In this document: piece after piece, positions 44,961 to 57,546 of the stretch
Numbering within the stretch: position 1 is the stretch's first letter
Layout: each line of letters opens with the position of its first letter
From: Eledone cirrhosa
Lineage: Eukaryota
Direction: 5' to 3'
NCBI GenBank assembly: GCA_964016885.1
Contig: OZ024749.1
Coordinates: forward strand, 56,668,001 to 56,732,000
DNA: 64,000 nucleotides
Program-made: the position numbers and the translations under genes
Notes under the pieces: generated by a model
What the model saw: the letters and a program-made list of their open reading frames with translations, nothing else
Databases searched by the model: none
What the model was told of the DNA's origin: nothing

Positions 44961-45418
44961 AAATGGAGTGAAGCGGCGAAAAAGAAGCCGGTGTGACGTC
45001 ATAAGTACTGCAGTGCCTGTTGTTATGACGGGTGAGTTTTTCAAGGAGAAACAAGAACGGACTCCACCCACTCCGGTTCTGCACCCCGGTTTCGTCATCT
45101 CATATTTGTCGCATGGAACAACTTTATAATTGTGACCATTCTCAGATATATATATATCCTGGTCTGTTGTAACGTACGGGTCATCACCATCTTAAGGTAT
45201 GACATCATCTGACGATGACGCAGAGGGGAGGAGAGAGAAAGAGGAGAGAGAAAGAGAGAGAAAGAGGAGAGAAAGAGAGAGAAAGAGGAGAGAGAGAAAA
45301 TGGAGAGAAAGAGAGAGAAAGAGGAGAGAGGAGAATAAATGGTTAGAAAGTTATTGAGACAGCGAGAGAAAGAGAGGAAGAGATAGAGAAAGAGAGAGAG
45401 AGAGAGAGCAAGAGAGAA

Positions 45419-45494
<76 letters not shown>

Positions 45495-45934
45495 TGTTAT
45501 TGTATTTTGTTGTTGTTCTTGCTGAATCACATGTTATTATTACAGCTGCTTGTTGCTTCTCTTTTTAATCTATTACATAATTCCTGTTGCTTTTTGTGGC
45601 TGCAGTTGGTAATGATGTTGTTGTTGGTAATGTTGTTGTTGTGATGGTGGAGCTGTTGTTGTTGTGATGGTGGTGGGTGGTGGTGGAGCTGTTATTGTTA
45701 ATGTCATTGTTTTCTACAAGGGGGGTGGTTTATGGCTGAACTCTACACTCCAGCGGAAACACTCGTCTAATTATATAGTGTCCCTGCCGCCTGCAGTACT
45801 CAACCGAAGCCTTAACCCCCCTCTCCCCCTCTCTCTCTATATATAGTCATATATTATTCTACAGTTTGCTTTATGGGACATTCCCAACATCAGCTGTCGC
45901 CTGCACCTCTAAGATTTCGGCAACTTCCGACAGT

Positions 45935-46068
<134 letters not shown>

Positions 46069-46153
46069 GTATATATACATACAATACCGGGAGTTCCCAA
46101 AAGATTTCATCTCCGAGCTTCTGGATCACGTGTGACCAATTAGTCAAACTATT

Positions 46154-46326
46154 TTTGTTGTTGTTGTTATTGTCATTCTGGTGGTTACTGTGGCTGTACT
46201 TTAGTTGCTGTTGTTGTTGTTATTGTCATTCTGGTGGTTACTGTGGCTGTACTTTAGTTGCTGTTGTTGTTGTTATTGTCATTCTGGTGGTTACTGTGGC
46301 TGTACTTTAGTTGCTGTTGTTGTTGC
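46154..46326. repeat. 53-bp tandem repeat x3
   Basis: tgtcattctggtggttactgtggctgtactttagttgc at 46171, 46224 and 46277. Confidence 0.95.
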
Positions 46327-46854
46327 TGATATATTTGTTATTTAGCCAAGTGATAAACTGAGATGTGATGAAGTTCATGATTATGATGATTATGATGTTG
46401 GTGATGATGAGCGTGATGTTTATGATGCTGATGTTGATGATAAGGGGGGTGATGATGATGATGATGCAGATGATTATTATTATTATTATTATTATTATGA
46501 TAATGTGGGGGGGGGGGTAGTGGTGGTGGCGATGGTAATAATGAATTTCTACAAAATAGTATAAAAAGTAGCCGAGTGTCAGATGGTCTGTCTATTGCTG
46601 ATACTATCTTCCAGCGCAACCACTGAGGAAAGGACCCGATCTGATGACTGGACAAAGTAAACTATCGTTCCATTGGTCTGTCCCTTGCGGTACTATCTGC
46701 CGGTCGCAACTCATGGCAGTATGGAAGGCATAAAGCCGCAATAAATACGATAACCTGGTGTTACCAGTCGATGATTCTCTTTGATCATTTTTATCTAAAA
46801 TATTGAATTGATTATACATATTTATCTGGAGTGAGAATACAATCTGAGATAAAA

Positions 46855-46980
46855 TACGAGGGGGCTTCAAAAAGTTCGTGGAAAAAAGACAGTTGGAAGA
46901 AACGGTTTAAGTTATGTTTGTTTTTCAACATATGCTCCATCTAGGTCAATATATTGAAGGCCATGCGATTTAAACCATGT
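46855..46980 (-). mobile_element. Mariner transposon 3' end remnant
   Basis: TIR-like tacgagggggcttcaaaaagttc; minus strand translates QYIDLDGAYVEK, like a mariner transposase C-terminus. Confidence 0.6.
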
Positions 46981-47533
46981 CAAAGTAGCTTCTTTTTTTT
47001 ATATATTCAACTGGGGATCATCTCTTCCACTTCTAAACTAATTTATCGATTTCTAGGTTGTTGATTTTGTCGGAAAGTTATGAAAGTCTACACCTCCAAA
47101 AATATTAAGATTAATACGGTTATTGATGCAACTGACCGTGGCCATTGGAGTACTTTCGCTGCCTCCTGGGTCACAAGACACCAGAGCTTCTAAGTCTAAA
47201 TCAAAATATAGACCATCACCTGATTTAATACCAACAACTCCACTCAAATGCCACCTAATGGTAAACTCAGTTATTCATTTTTTTTTACTTGCCATGCTTT
47301 CCTGTAAGGACACGTTTTAGATGTTCAGATATTACACTCGAAATTTTCTAGATATAGGATATATTTGGAGATGCTGTATCTCATGGAGGGAAATCATAGA
47401 TGTTGGTTTATATATACACTATACTGGACGATCAGTTTAGATAAAACGAGAAGAATACACTTAAAATTTTGACATTCTGACGTAACTAACAACACAACAT
47501 TTACATAATATTCTGATGTTCTGACACACACCT

Positions 47534-47610
<77 letters not shown>

Positions 47611-47711
47611 TGCATACTTTCCTCCGTTCATTACATATTCATTAAGCCTTCGATGCGTCATACACTTTCGCATCTACTGATTCATAGGTTCACATATTCA
47701 TACACAACTGC

Positions 47712-47742
<31 letters not shown>

Positions 47743-47841
47743 ACATTACATATATATTCATATATTCAAACACAAATACATAAATTTACTGTAGTATATG
47801 AAGGATATATGTGCACGTCAGAACATACTCTTGTGTGTGTA

Positions 47842-47888
<47 letters not shown>

Positions 47889-47928
47889 GGAGGTTTCTGC
47901 ATAGTTTCCGATTATTCTCCCACCGAGT

Positions 47929-48079
47929 TTGAGTTCAAATCCCGCCGAGGTTAGCTTTGCTTTCATCCTTACGGGGTCGATAATATAAAATACCAGTCAT
48001 ACACTGAGGTCGATGTAATCGACTTGACCCTCCCCAAAAATTTGTTGACCTTGTGCCTAAATCAGAAACCATTATTATT
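47929..48079 (+). mobile_element. SINE family A, 5'-truncated, long-tail type
   Basis: gagttcaaatcccgccgaggttagctttgc..gtgcctaaatcagaaaccattatt. Confidence 0.85.
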
Positions 48080-48200
48080 CGCCGAGATTAACTTTGTCTT
48101 TCATCCTTACAGGGTCAATAAAATAAAGTACCAGTCATACACTGAGGTAATTGCTGGCCTTGTACCAAAAATAGAAACTATTATTATTATCATCATCATC
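48080..48200 (+). mobile_element. SINE family A, 5'-truncated, short-tail type, abutting the previous copy
   Basis: cgccgagattaactttgtctttcatcc..gtaattgctggccttgtaccaaaaatagaaac plus (ATT)n. Confidence 0.85.
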
Positions 48201-48455
48201 ATTAGTAATTTCTTTTGGATATTTTGCATCAAGGGCTATTTTCTTTTGTTCCATTTTTCTTTTTTACGACAACGGGTTATCGCTGGGGTTGTGTTTGTAT
48301 AACGAGACCTTTCAGTTATCAAGCAGATGCTCCCACATTGCTAGACTATAATTATTGTTGTTGTTTTGATTGTCAGCGGCTCTGCCAAAGCCCGTTCTCT
48401 ACAAGGCAAGAGTAAGCTGCGTTGTTTCAATTTCGATCATCCTGGCGTCTAAGCG

Positions 48456-48469
48456 ACGCCATCTAGCGG
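48456..48469 (-). promoter_or_regulatory. Candidate CTCF site
   Basis: Minus strand CCGCTAGATGGCGT matches the CTCF core consensus; lies in unique CpG-richer sequence. Confidence 0.4.
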
Positions 48470-49001
48470 ACATGGTTTGGTGGGTTGGTCATCCCTCAGT
48501 TAAAGGGGGTTAATATGGTCACGGCAAAAATAGGCGGGCTCTGTCACGACAGGATGTGAGAGGATGTAGGAGGAGGAGGAGGTGTAACAATCGACAGCCT
48601 GTCTATCTTTTAATATATATTTAGCATTAGTTTTACATTTTTGTTTTATTACTATTTTTATTATTTATTTGCCAGTATTTCTAGTTTTCTATCTCAATGA
48701 GAGTTCTCTTACCCCCCTCTCTCAGTAATTATTTATGTGGTATAACTAACCCACCCCACACACTCTCTCCCTATATATATATATATATAGTTGCTAATTA
48801 CGGAGTTGTTTATCGTTAAGAGTTACATTGTGAGTTCTCGTTGATAAACAGGTGTAAACAGGTAAGAGCACTCCACGTCAGTCATATACATATCCAGCAT
48901 TGCGGTGATGACTAAAAGCGACGGAGTTTCTATGTATGAATTAACGTTAAGATGTATGTTACATCAAACATGTCAAACTGAGGATCCCCGAAGGTCCGCC
49001 T

Positions 49002-49370
49002 GGGTCACATATGTGTTGTCTGAGGGCCGCACACGACAACTAATTAAAGTCATTTAATAAAATTTATTGCAGAAAAATGTGTTACTTAAATTTAAAACCT
49101 TACAATGTTTTACAAGGTTTATAAGTATGGATTTTCATAAGATATTCGTAGTTGTCTCAGTGGCCTAGCGGTAGGTACTAGAGGCGGTGGTGATCCTAGT
49201 CAAGAGGTACATGTAGTCTTTTTCTGTTTTTATTTTACATCCCATAGAAAAAAAAACTGAAAAGGTTTACCGGGAACCCTACCCAACCAGGATCACCACC
49301 GTCTATGATTCCCCCAACTCGGCCGCAGAGACAGCTACAAAAATATTATGAAAATTAATAATTATAAACC
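49002..49370 (+). mobile_element. ~360-bp repeat with two convergent tRNA-like heads
   Basis: Reverse-complement homologue of 50632-50992; imperfect internal inverted repeat 49116-49158 / 49328-49370. Confidence 0.7.
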
Positions 49371-49538
49371 TACTTTCAACTAATTGCACACATTACAACT
49401 AGTTATTTTTATTTTATGTTACGAAGATAAAACATGTTCGCGCTGTTTTACGATTAAGTACCCTATATCTTAACGTAAATTCACAGACACAGAATCTTAT
49501 ACATTCATATACACATATACACATCCATAAAGTCATTA

Positions 49539-49590
<52 letters not shown>

Positions 49591-49637
49591 GAAATAACAG
49601 TAGGCTGGACTGGTGTAAATCCTTGAAAGGTTTATTA

Positions 49638-49693
49638 TACTATGATCATTTCAATGACCAGGTTCCATATGAATCCGGTGATATCATCAGGTA
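49638..49693 (-). ncRNA. Hammerhead ribozyme motif, canonical core
   Basis: tac-CTGATGA-(imperfect long stem II)-GAAA-tgatca-TA-gta; palindromic stem III; stem I only 3 bp. Confidence 0.5.
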
Positions 49694-49832
49694 GTGGAAT
49701 ATAACAAAGGAATATGTAAAAAGCCATGGGTCCGAAAAACCATGGGTCCGGGAAACCAGAGAGAGAGAGGGCGGCTGACCAACTAGCTTCACAGCTAGCC
49801 GCCCTCAAAGTATATATATATATATATATACC

Positions 49833-49890
49833 AATGATTTTCCTGATGATTTATTACGAATGAAACAGCTCTAGTCCTGTAAAGATCATT
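49833..49890 (+). ncRNA. HH1 hammerhead, canonical core
   Basis: aatgattttc-CTGATGA-tttattacgaat-GAAA-cag-ctctagtc-ctg-TA-aagatcatt. Confidence 0.6.
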
Positions 49891-49907
49891 CCTATAGTAA
49901 AATGAAC

Positions 49908-49950
<43 letters not shown>

Positions 49951-50552
49951 GATAGATAGATAGCACATCGTAGAGGGCTACTGGTCCATTTACATTAAAC
50001 TGGAAATGAATTGGTAAGAGAAATATCTGACAGCATGGTGTCTGTGTAACACAACATATTGACGACGGGGCTGATCAAGAAAAATGTCAGCTATTGATTC
50101 TCAATATACTTTGTCAATATCGACCAAGTGATAAAGGCCATATTCAAATGACCAGCTAAGTGGATTTCCCTGTTAAAGAAGGCAAAGACAAGAATTTCAT
50201 TAGCTGCAAGATCTCGTTTCTTTCATTTCGTCTCAGCCTCTCCCCCCCCTCTCTCTCTCAGCCACCACATATCTCTCTCTATCTATCTATCTCTCTCTCT
50301 CGACGTATATGTTTATACATATATATATCTTTATTCTCTCTCTATATATATCTATATATCTATCTATATCTATATATCTATCTATATCTATCTATATATC
50401 TATATATATCTATATATATCTATCTATATATATATATCTATATATCTATCTATCTATCTGTATATCTATATATCTATATATATCTATCTATATATCTATA
50501 TATCTATCTATATATATCTATCTATCTATCTATCTATATATCTATATATCTA

Positions 50553-51047
50553 TGTTTATCCCAGGTTGAATCGGGGGTAACCACAGTAAGTAAGGTACTC
50601 AATACAAAGCAGAGTATAAATGTTTAATGAATAGCTGTCTCGGCGGCCGAGTTAGAGCAATCATAGACGGTGGTGATCCAGGTCTGAAGTTCGATCCTGG
50701 TCGGGTGTATGGTTCCTGGTAACCCTTTTCAGTTTTTTTCTATAGGATGTAAAATGAAAACTGAAAATGATTACATGTACTCTAGGATTGAACCCAAGAC
50801 CAGGAACTCCACCGTCTCTAGTACCTACCGCTAGGCCACTGAGACAGCTACGAATATCTTATAAAACTTCATACTAATAAACCTTGTAAAACATTGTTTC
50901 TAAATTTAAGTAACAAATATTTTCTGCTATAAATTTTATTAAATGACTTTAATTAGTTGTCGTGTGCGGCCCTCAGACAACACATGTGACCCTGATGATT
51001 TCTCCCGAATGAAACAGTTCTAGTCCTGTGGAAGTCTCTTCTATATT
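50553..51047. mobile_element. HH1 element (reversed tail 50553-50625, + strand HHR 50992-51030) split by the tRNA-like repeat
   Basis: Same pieces as 28764-28888; cleavage triplet is GUG (non-cleavable). Confidence 0.7.
50632..50992 (-). mobile_element. ~360-bp repeat with two convergent tRNA-like heads, second copy
   Basis: + strand ggccgagttag..agttcgatcct; minus strand tggcctagcggta..gggttcaatcc. Confidence 0.7.
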
Positions 51048-51644
51048 ATATATATAGTCTCTCTCTATCTACCTACCTATCTATTTCTATCTCTCACTAT
51101 ATGTCTGTCGGTATAGATGTCTATTTTTCTGCCTGGATTCTGGATTTATATTTCTCCCCCTTTCTCTCTGATTCCACCTCCACCCTCCACTCCAAATTTT
51201 CTCTGCAATGACTGCCATACCGAAATACGAAGTCAATATTTGTTGATGACAACAGATGCTGTGACTGACAAATAAGTTACAGTGATGATGATGATGATGA
51301 TGACGGTGATGGTGATTATATTGATTGGGGAGGTACAAGTGATGTTAATGGTGGTGGTGATGGTGATGATGATGGTGCTGGTGGTGGTGGTGATGATGAC
51401 GGTAATAATGATGATGATGATGCTGTTATAACTACTAAGACTTCTAGTTTGGTGTTTATTAAATGTACATTAAAAAGTTGCCGCCATTCTCTGTACAGTT
51501 TATTGTACTGGGATAAAGTGATTTATTTCACTTCGATTCAGCTTCATTTGCATTTCTTTCTTTCTTTTTTTTTCATAGAAGAAACCTTTCGTGGATAAGA
51601 AATTACATTCTTTTATTTTTAAATACTAATGTTAAATTCAATCC

Positions 51645-51886
51645 AATAATAATAATGGTTTCAGATTTAGGCACAAGGCCAGCAATTTTTTTGGAGTGTG
51701 TGTGTGTGTGTGTGGGGGGGGGGGGGTCAATAAAATCGACTCCAGTGTGTTCCTGCTACTTTATTCTATCGACCCTGCTAAGATGAAAGGCAAAGCTAAC
51801 CTCGGTGGGATTTGAACTCAGACTGTAAAGGTCCATAACTTTATACCTCAAAGCATGTCATCATACGCTCTACAGATACTGCCGAT
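51645..51886 (-). mobile_element. SINE family A, long-tail type with internal (TG)n/(G)n expansion
   Basis: gatgaaaggcaaagctaacctcggtgggatttgaactcag; (AAT)n tail. Confidence 0.85.
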
Positions 51887-52125
51887 GATGATATATTTAT
51901 TATAATAAAACACATGGGTTTATTTTTTTATTGCTCACATGGGCCACCATATAAAATACAATATGAATTCTATATGAATGTGATATCAGTTTCGCCCTTT
52001 CTACCCTCATTTCATGAAACGTTCACTCCAATCACACGCTGTTCCGAGTGAGACTTCAAAATATTAATGAGTGTTTAATTACATTGAGAAAGCCAGGATT
52101 TCAATTGTTTTTAACACATTCGTAA

Positions 52126-52329
52126 TACGAGGCTAAGCTGAAAAGTTCATAGGGGGCTGACTCTGATGGAATGATGCAATGTTGTGAAATCCTGCATGTA
52201 TTAATTTAAATACGACTTATTAATAACTGCATTGTTTCTTTCCAGGGACTATGTTGAAAAATAAACCTCGTTTGATTATTCCATGAGAGTATCTTGGTTA
52301 GCCTAACCATTTCTCAGCCGACCCTCGTA
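52126..52329 (+). mobile_element. Mariner-derived MITE
   Basis: tacgaggctaagctgaaaagttcatagg..tcagccgaccctcgta; GDYVEK* remnant. Confidence 0.8.
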
Positions 52330-52611
52330 TCGTGATGTCTTCCCTATGTCTACAGTCTTTGCAGCTGTGATTGTAGTACCGAGGAATGATAGGAAATAGT
52401 GTTTACATACATCACAGAATATATACACCCCTACTATAGAAAGCGCTACCTTAGTGATACTGGTTATATATATATATATATAAATGTATATATAGTGTAT
52501 TTTGCAATACACTGTATGCTTAATTAAAAGCATTTCGAAGACCTTACGCTATTGTTTTAGAGTAGTGACAGTCTCACTTACTTTAAATTTTCAGCAAACA
52601 AGGGGAGATAA

Positions 52612-52656
52612 AGCTGACAGAGCTCTGTTTCGTACTTTTTGGTACTTATCAAAGCT
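52612..52656 (-). ncRNA. Minimal type I hammerhead, U3-A8 core
   Basis: agct-TTGATAA-gtac-caaaaa-gtac-GAAA-cagagctctg-TC-agct. Confidence 0.8.
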
Positions 52657-52694
52657 AAGTACTCCACCTGTTTGCTGAAAATCATGGAGTACTT

Positions 52695-52739
52695 AGCTTT
52701 GATAAGTACAAAAAAGTACGAAACAGAGCTCTGTCAGCT
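52695..52739 (+). ncRNA. Minimal type I hammerhead, U3-A8 core
   Basis: agct-TTGATAA-gtac-aaaaaa-gtac-GAAA-cagagctctg-TC-agct. Confidence 0.8.
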
Positions 52740-52900
52740 TTATCTCCCCTTGTTTGCTGAAAATTTAAAGTAAGTGAGACTGTCACTACTCTAAAACAAT
52801 AGCGTAATGTCTTCGAAATGCTTTTAATTAAGCATACAGTGTATTGCAAAATACACTATATATACATTTATATATATATATCGCTATTTCAGAGCACCAA

Positions 52901-52936
<36 letters not shown>

Positions 52937-52994
52937 ACACAAAAGACATGAAAAAACACAAAGTCTTATTAGTTTCATGTTTAGGAAGAAATAT

Positions 52995-53045
52995 ATGTGG
53001 GTTTCGATGTGTCGGACATAAGTCCTTCGTTAGGAAATGAAGAGT
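52995..53045 (-). mobile_element. HH2 degenerate hammerhead
   Basis: CTAACGA-a-ggac-ttat-gtcc-GACA. Confidence 0.4.
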
Positions 53046-53389
53046 TAGGAGAATGGGAAAAGGTAGAAACAACGGAGTTTGGAAAAGACAGAAAAGGAGG
53101 GTGGGAGGAAGAGAGGGAGAGACATAGTGGGAGGAGATAAATCGATAGGCAGATGATAGATAAATGATAGTTAGATATCCATACAAACACATATATACCA
53201 ACATTGTACATGAATTAAACAAAAAACTGATCTTAAGACTCGTCAAGTTGTGGAATAATCTATTCTAGTGACTGTGTTTCCTATGTGAAGAATAAGATTC
53301 TCGTTTCTCTTCTGAGCACGTACGACAGAAGCCATAATCAGAACAATTGAATGTTTCTACGTTTCTCACGTAGTGACATTCATTGCGAC

Positions 53390-53505
53390 AAACAACACAG
53401 TACAATAAAGAAATATATTAGTTTAACTCTTGATATAGTAGGAAAAGAATGTTATTAACGTACCGGATACTAGTCCTTCATCAGAAGATAGAATGAGAAA
53501 TAAAA
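53390..53505 (-). mobile_element. HH2 element with degenerate hammerhead
   Basis: tatttctcattctatctt-CTGATGA-a-ggactagtatcc-GGTA-cgtt. Confidence 0.55.
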
Positions 53506-53592
53506 CATTAAATAGAAAGATAGAGAGTGAGAAGAAGGAACGGAAAAACTTGTGTGAGAAAAAATACGTGTGAATTCTTCAGCCAGCCATTT

Positions 53593-53635
<43 letters not shown>

Positions 53636-53709
53636 TATTATATATATATATTATTATTCTTATTTATTATATATATATATATTATTATTATTACTATATA
53701 TATATATAT

Positions 53710-53758
<49 letters not shown>

Positions 53759-53783
53759 CAAAGAGAGAGAAAGAGAGAGACAG

Positions 53784-53839
<56 letters not shown>

Positions 53840-54709
53840 CGAGAGAGAGAGAGCGAGATAGAGCGAGAGAGAGCGAGAGAGAGAGAGCGAGAGAGAGAGC
53901 GAGAGCGAGAGAGAGCGAGAGAGAGAGCGAGAGCGAGAGAGAGAGATAGAGATCGAGTGAGCGAGAGAGAGAGATAGAGATCGAGTGAGCGAGAGAGAGA
54001 TAGAGATCGAGTGAGCGAGAGAGAGAGAGAGAGATAGAGATCGAGATCGAGTGAGCGAGAACGAGAGAGGGAGAGCGAGAGAAAGAGAGAGCGAGGCAGT
54101 CAAAATCAATCATTCATGTTTCTGTAAAAATTATATGTAGAAATAAAATACCAATATAATTTAATTCCAAACACTTGTTAAACAATGAAAGTACATTTTC
54201 AATAAAGCAATTTTCAGCGAAATTTATCGCCGAAAATTATTTAATTCGTCTTCTCTGTAGAGCGAGTTTCCCAGAAATGCTTCCGGTAGCGATGTTTGTG
54301 TTAACATGTCGGCTAATATATTTTGTATGACATCTTGTTTCATATAAATCTATGTCGTTGACATTTAATAAGAATGTTAAATTTTCTATATTGCTTCTAT
54401 TGTGTTTGTTTCTGTTTAGGTTTTCATATTATTTCTGATTTGTTCGTTGTATACTTATAAATTTTGTTTAAGGAAAATGACAGCGATTTTATAAGAGAAA
54501 CGGTAGACAGCAGAGCTACAATAAGTAGGTTGAATGTACTGTAATCAATGTTGTTTATAAATTATTTGTTATTGTTTTTATTCTTATTTTTATTGGGCCT
54601 TCTACGTTCTCAAATGTAATTTTCAAAAATGGGTAGTTAACTACACACGTGTTTTCTTCACGATGAAAAAGATTTTATTCGGTTTCCTTTTTTCTTACTC
54701 ATGTATAGC

Positions 54710-54825
54710 ATTCTATTTCTTCTTCACCCTCTCTCAATGAAAGACTAATGTCTGAAACGTTAAGACCCTTTTGCTACTCCATCCAGCGTTAAGCTAATAT
54801 ATATCATTATCATAATTTGTTGCCT
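54710..54825 (+). mobile_element. HH2 element with degenerate hammerhead
   Basis: tcaatga-a-agac-taat-gtct-GAAA-cgtt-aagaccc..agcgttaagctaatata. Confidence 0.5.
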
Positions 54826-55075
54826 CATCCTGTTTACTTTTCTCATAGTGTTTAGCTAAGTACAATATCTATTGTTATACACTATCAAAAGTATATACAC
54901 TATGTACATATACGCACTATATAATATATATATACCCTTTGTACAGATTGTATAAACTATATACGATGTTGAAGAGGAAGGCAATGGCCGATACAGCTTG
55001 GCACTGAGACGTCACAACACATATACACACTATATATTATATATACACTATGTACAGTATATATATACACTATAT

Positions 55076-55233
55076 ATGATGTTATCCAATGAACAGACAA
55101 AGACCGATACAGCACCAGAGACGTGACAACTCATTTCTACAGCTGACTAAACAGAAACAACGTGAAATAAAGTGTCTTGCTCAAGGACACACTCACACAT
55201 CACCTGGTCCGGGAATCGAACCCACAACATTAT
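55076..55233 (-). mobile_element. SINE family B, 5'-truncated; part of body duplicated at 54958-55019
   Basis: ctcatttctacagctga..caacgtgaaataaagtgtcttgctcaaggacac..gggaatcgaaccc. Confidence 0.8.
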
Positions 55234-55849
55234 AAATAATATACAAATATATGACTAAATAAATCAGAAACAATTTCTACATCTGTCATAGATTCTTTAC
55301 GTCTTCTGCCTTTATGTAATGACAAACACTCATAGAAAAGACGTAGAAAGAATACAAATAGAACGAAAGAAAAGAAAATTTATAACAAACTATAAAAAAA
55401 GAAACCAACACTAAAAGTCCAGTCAGTTTGACATGTCAAGTCGCCATTTTACTTGCGCTTTTTTTTCTGCTCTTGTCACCATTTAATTCCTCATACATAC
55501 ATGCATAGAGAGAGACAGTGACATGCGTACAGATACATACATACACACGTACAGGCACATACATACATAAAGACTTACGTACATACATATGTTCACATAC
55601 ATACATACACATGTACAGACACATACATACATATGTTCAGATGCACACATACACACGTACAGACACATACATACGTACGTACACACACAAAGATATACGT
55701 ACATACATATGTTCACATTCATACATACACACGTACAGACACATAAATCTATACCAACGCATACATAAGTACAGACACACAAACTCTGCTTCTCCCTTTG
55801 TCATATGTTCTCTCACATAAATCCTCTCATATCTTCCCAATCCTTTCAA

Positions 55850-55880
<31 letters not shown>

Positions 55881-56595
55881 TACTCTCTCTCTCCCTATCT
55901 CACTCTCACTGCCACCCCCCCCTCTCTCTCTCTGTTACTAATTCACTTATATATCTCTTCACTCTTTCCACATTTATAGTACTTCTTTTTTATTTCTCCT
56001 TTCTCCATATTTGGCGTTCTGCTATTCTATCGTTGCTCTCTTTCACTTATATTCTCTCTTTCTCTTTCTCTCTCTCTCTCTATCTACATATCTCTCCCTC
56101 ACTCTCTGTATCTATCTGCGTATCTATCTCTATCTCCCTTCCCCTCTCTCTTTCTCCATCTATGAATATATCTCTTCGTTCTTTCACTCTACCTCTCACT
56201 CTCCTTCACTCTCACTCTCACTCTCTCTCTCCTAGTCTGATCTCACACTTTCACCTCCTTTATCAATTGCCAGCTATTTTCACTGGCCTAAAGAATAGAC
56301 CAGCTTTTGTTTGGTTGCAGCCAAGCTGTGTACCGAGTACTGAGACCAACTTGATATCCAGAAGCAAGCGAAACTGCAGAAATGACTGTTTTTGCATCGA
56401 AGCAATAGAAAACTGCGCATAAAAGAAAGACTAACTGAGAAGAAGGTAAAGAAAGTGGGTGGCGTGTATGGTGGGACGGGGGTCCCCTGGATAGTATTTA
56501 TGTGGGACTGTCAGTGGGTTTTGTATGATTTCAGTTGGGTTGGGTTGAATTCAATGAATATATATTTGGCCGGATATGTATGTACGTACGTACCT

Positions 56596-56617
56596 ATATA
56601 TACATATATATATATAC

Positions 56618-56648
<31 letters not shown>

Positions 56649-56795
56649 CATATATATATATACATATATATATACATGTATATATATACATATATATATA
56701 TACATATATATACATACATATACATACATACATATACATACATATACATACATATACATATATATACATACATATACATATATATGCATATATAA

Positions 56796-56850
<55 letters not shown>

Positions 56851-56995
56851 AATATACATACATATACATACATACATATACATACATACATATACATACA
56901 TACATACATATACATACATACATATACATACATATATATACATACATATACATACATACATATACATACATACATATATATACATACATACATAC

Positions 56996-57039
<44 letters not shown>

Positions 57040-57061
57040 TTACATTCATATATATACATAC

Positions 57062-57096
<35 letters not shown>

Positions 57097-57097
57097 C

Positions 57098-57130
<33 letters not shown>

Positions 57131-57365
57131 CATACATACATATACATACATACATATATATACATACATATACATACATACATATACATACATATACATA
57201 CATATACATACATATATATACATACATATACATACATACATATACATACATATACATACATACATATACATACATACATATACATACATACATATACATA
57301 CATACATATATATACATACATATACATACATACATATACATACATACATATATATACATACATAC

Positions 57366-57426
<61 letters not shown>

Positions 57427-57441
57427 CATATATTTACATAC

Positions 57442-57476
<35 letters not shown>

Positions 57477-57513
57477 CATACATATACATACATACATATA
57501 TATACATACATAC

Positions 57514-57546
<33 letters not shown>

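Larger units (their letters stand above)
52470..52881. mobile_element. HH6 near-perfect palindrome: 186-bp arms, 18-bp spacer, TA flanks
   Basis: 52481-52666 pairs with 52685-52870 with two mismatches seen by eye. Confidence 0.9.

Noticed and set aside
55437-55455. YY1-like AAAATGGCG motif (also ~27489-27500)
   Set aside because: Single short motif with no downstream ORF or promoter context
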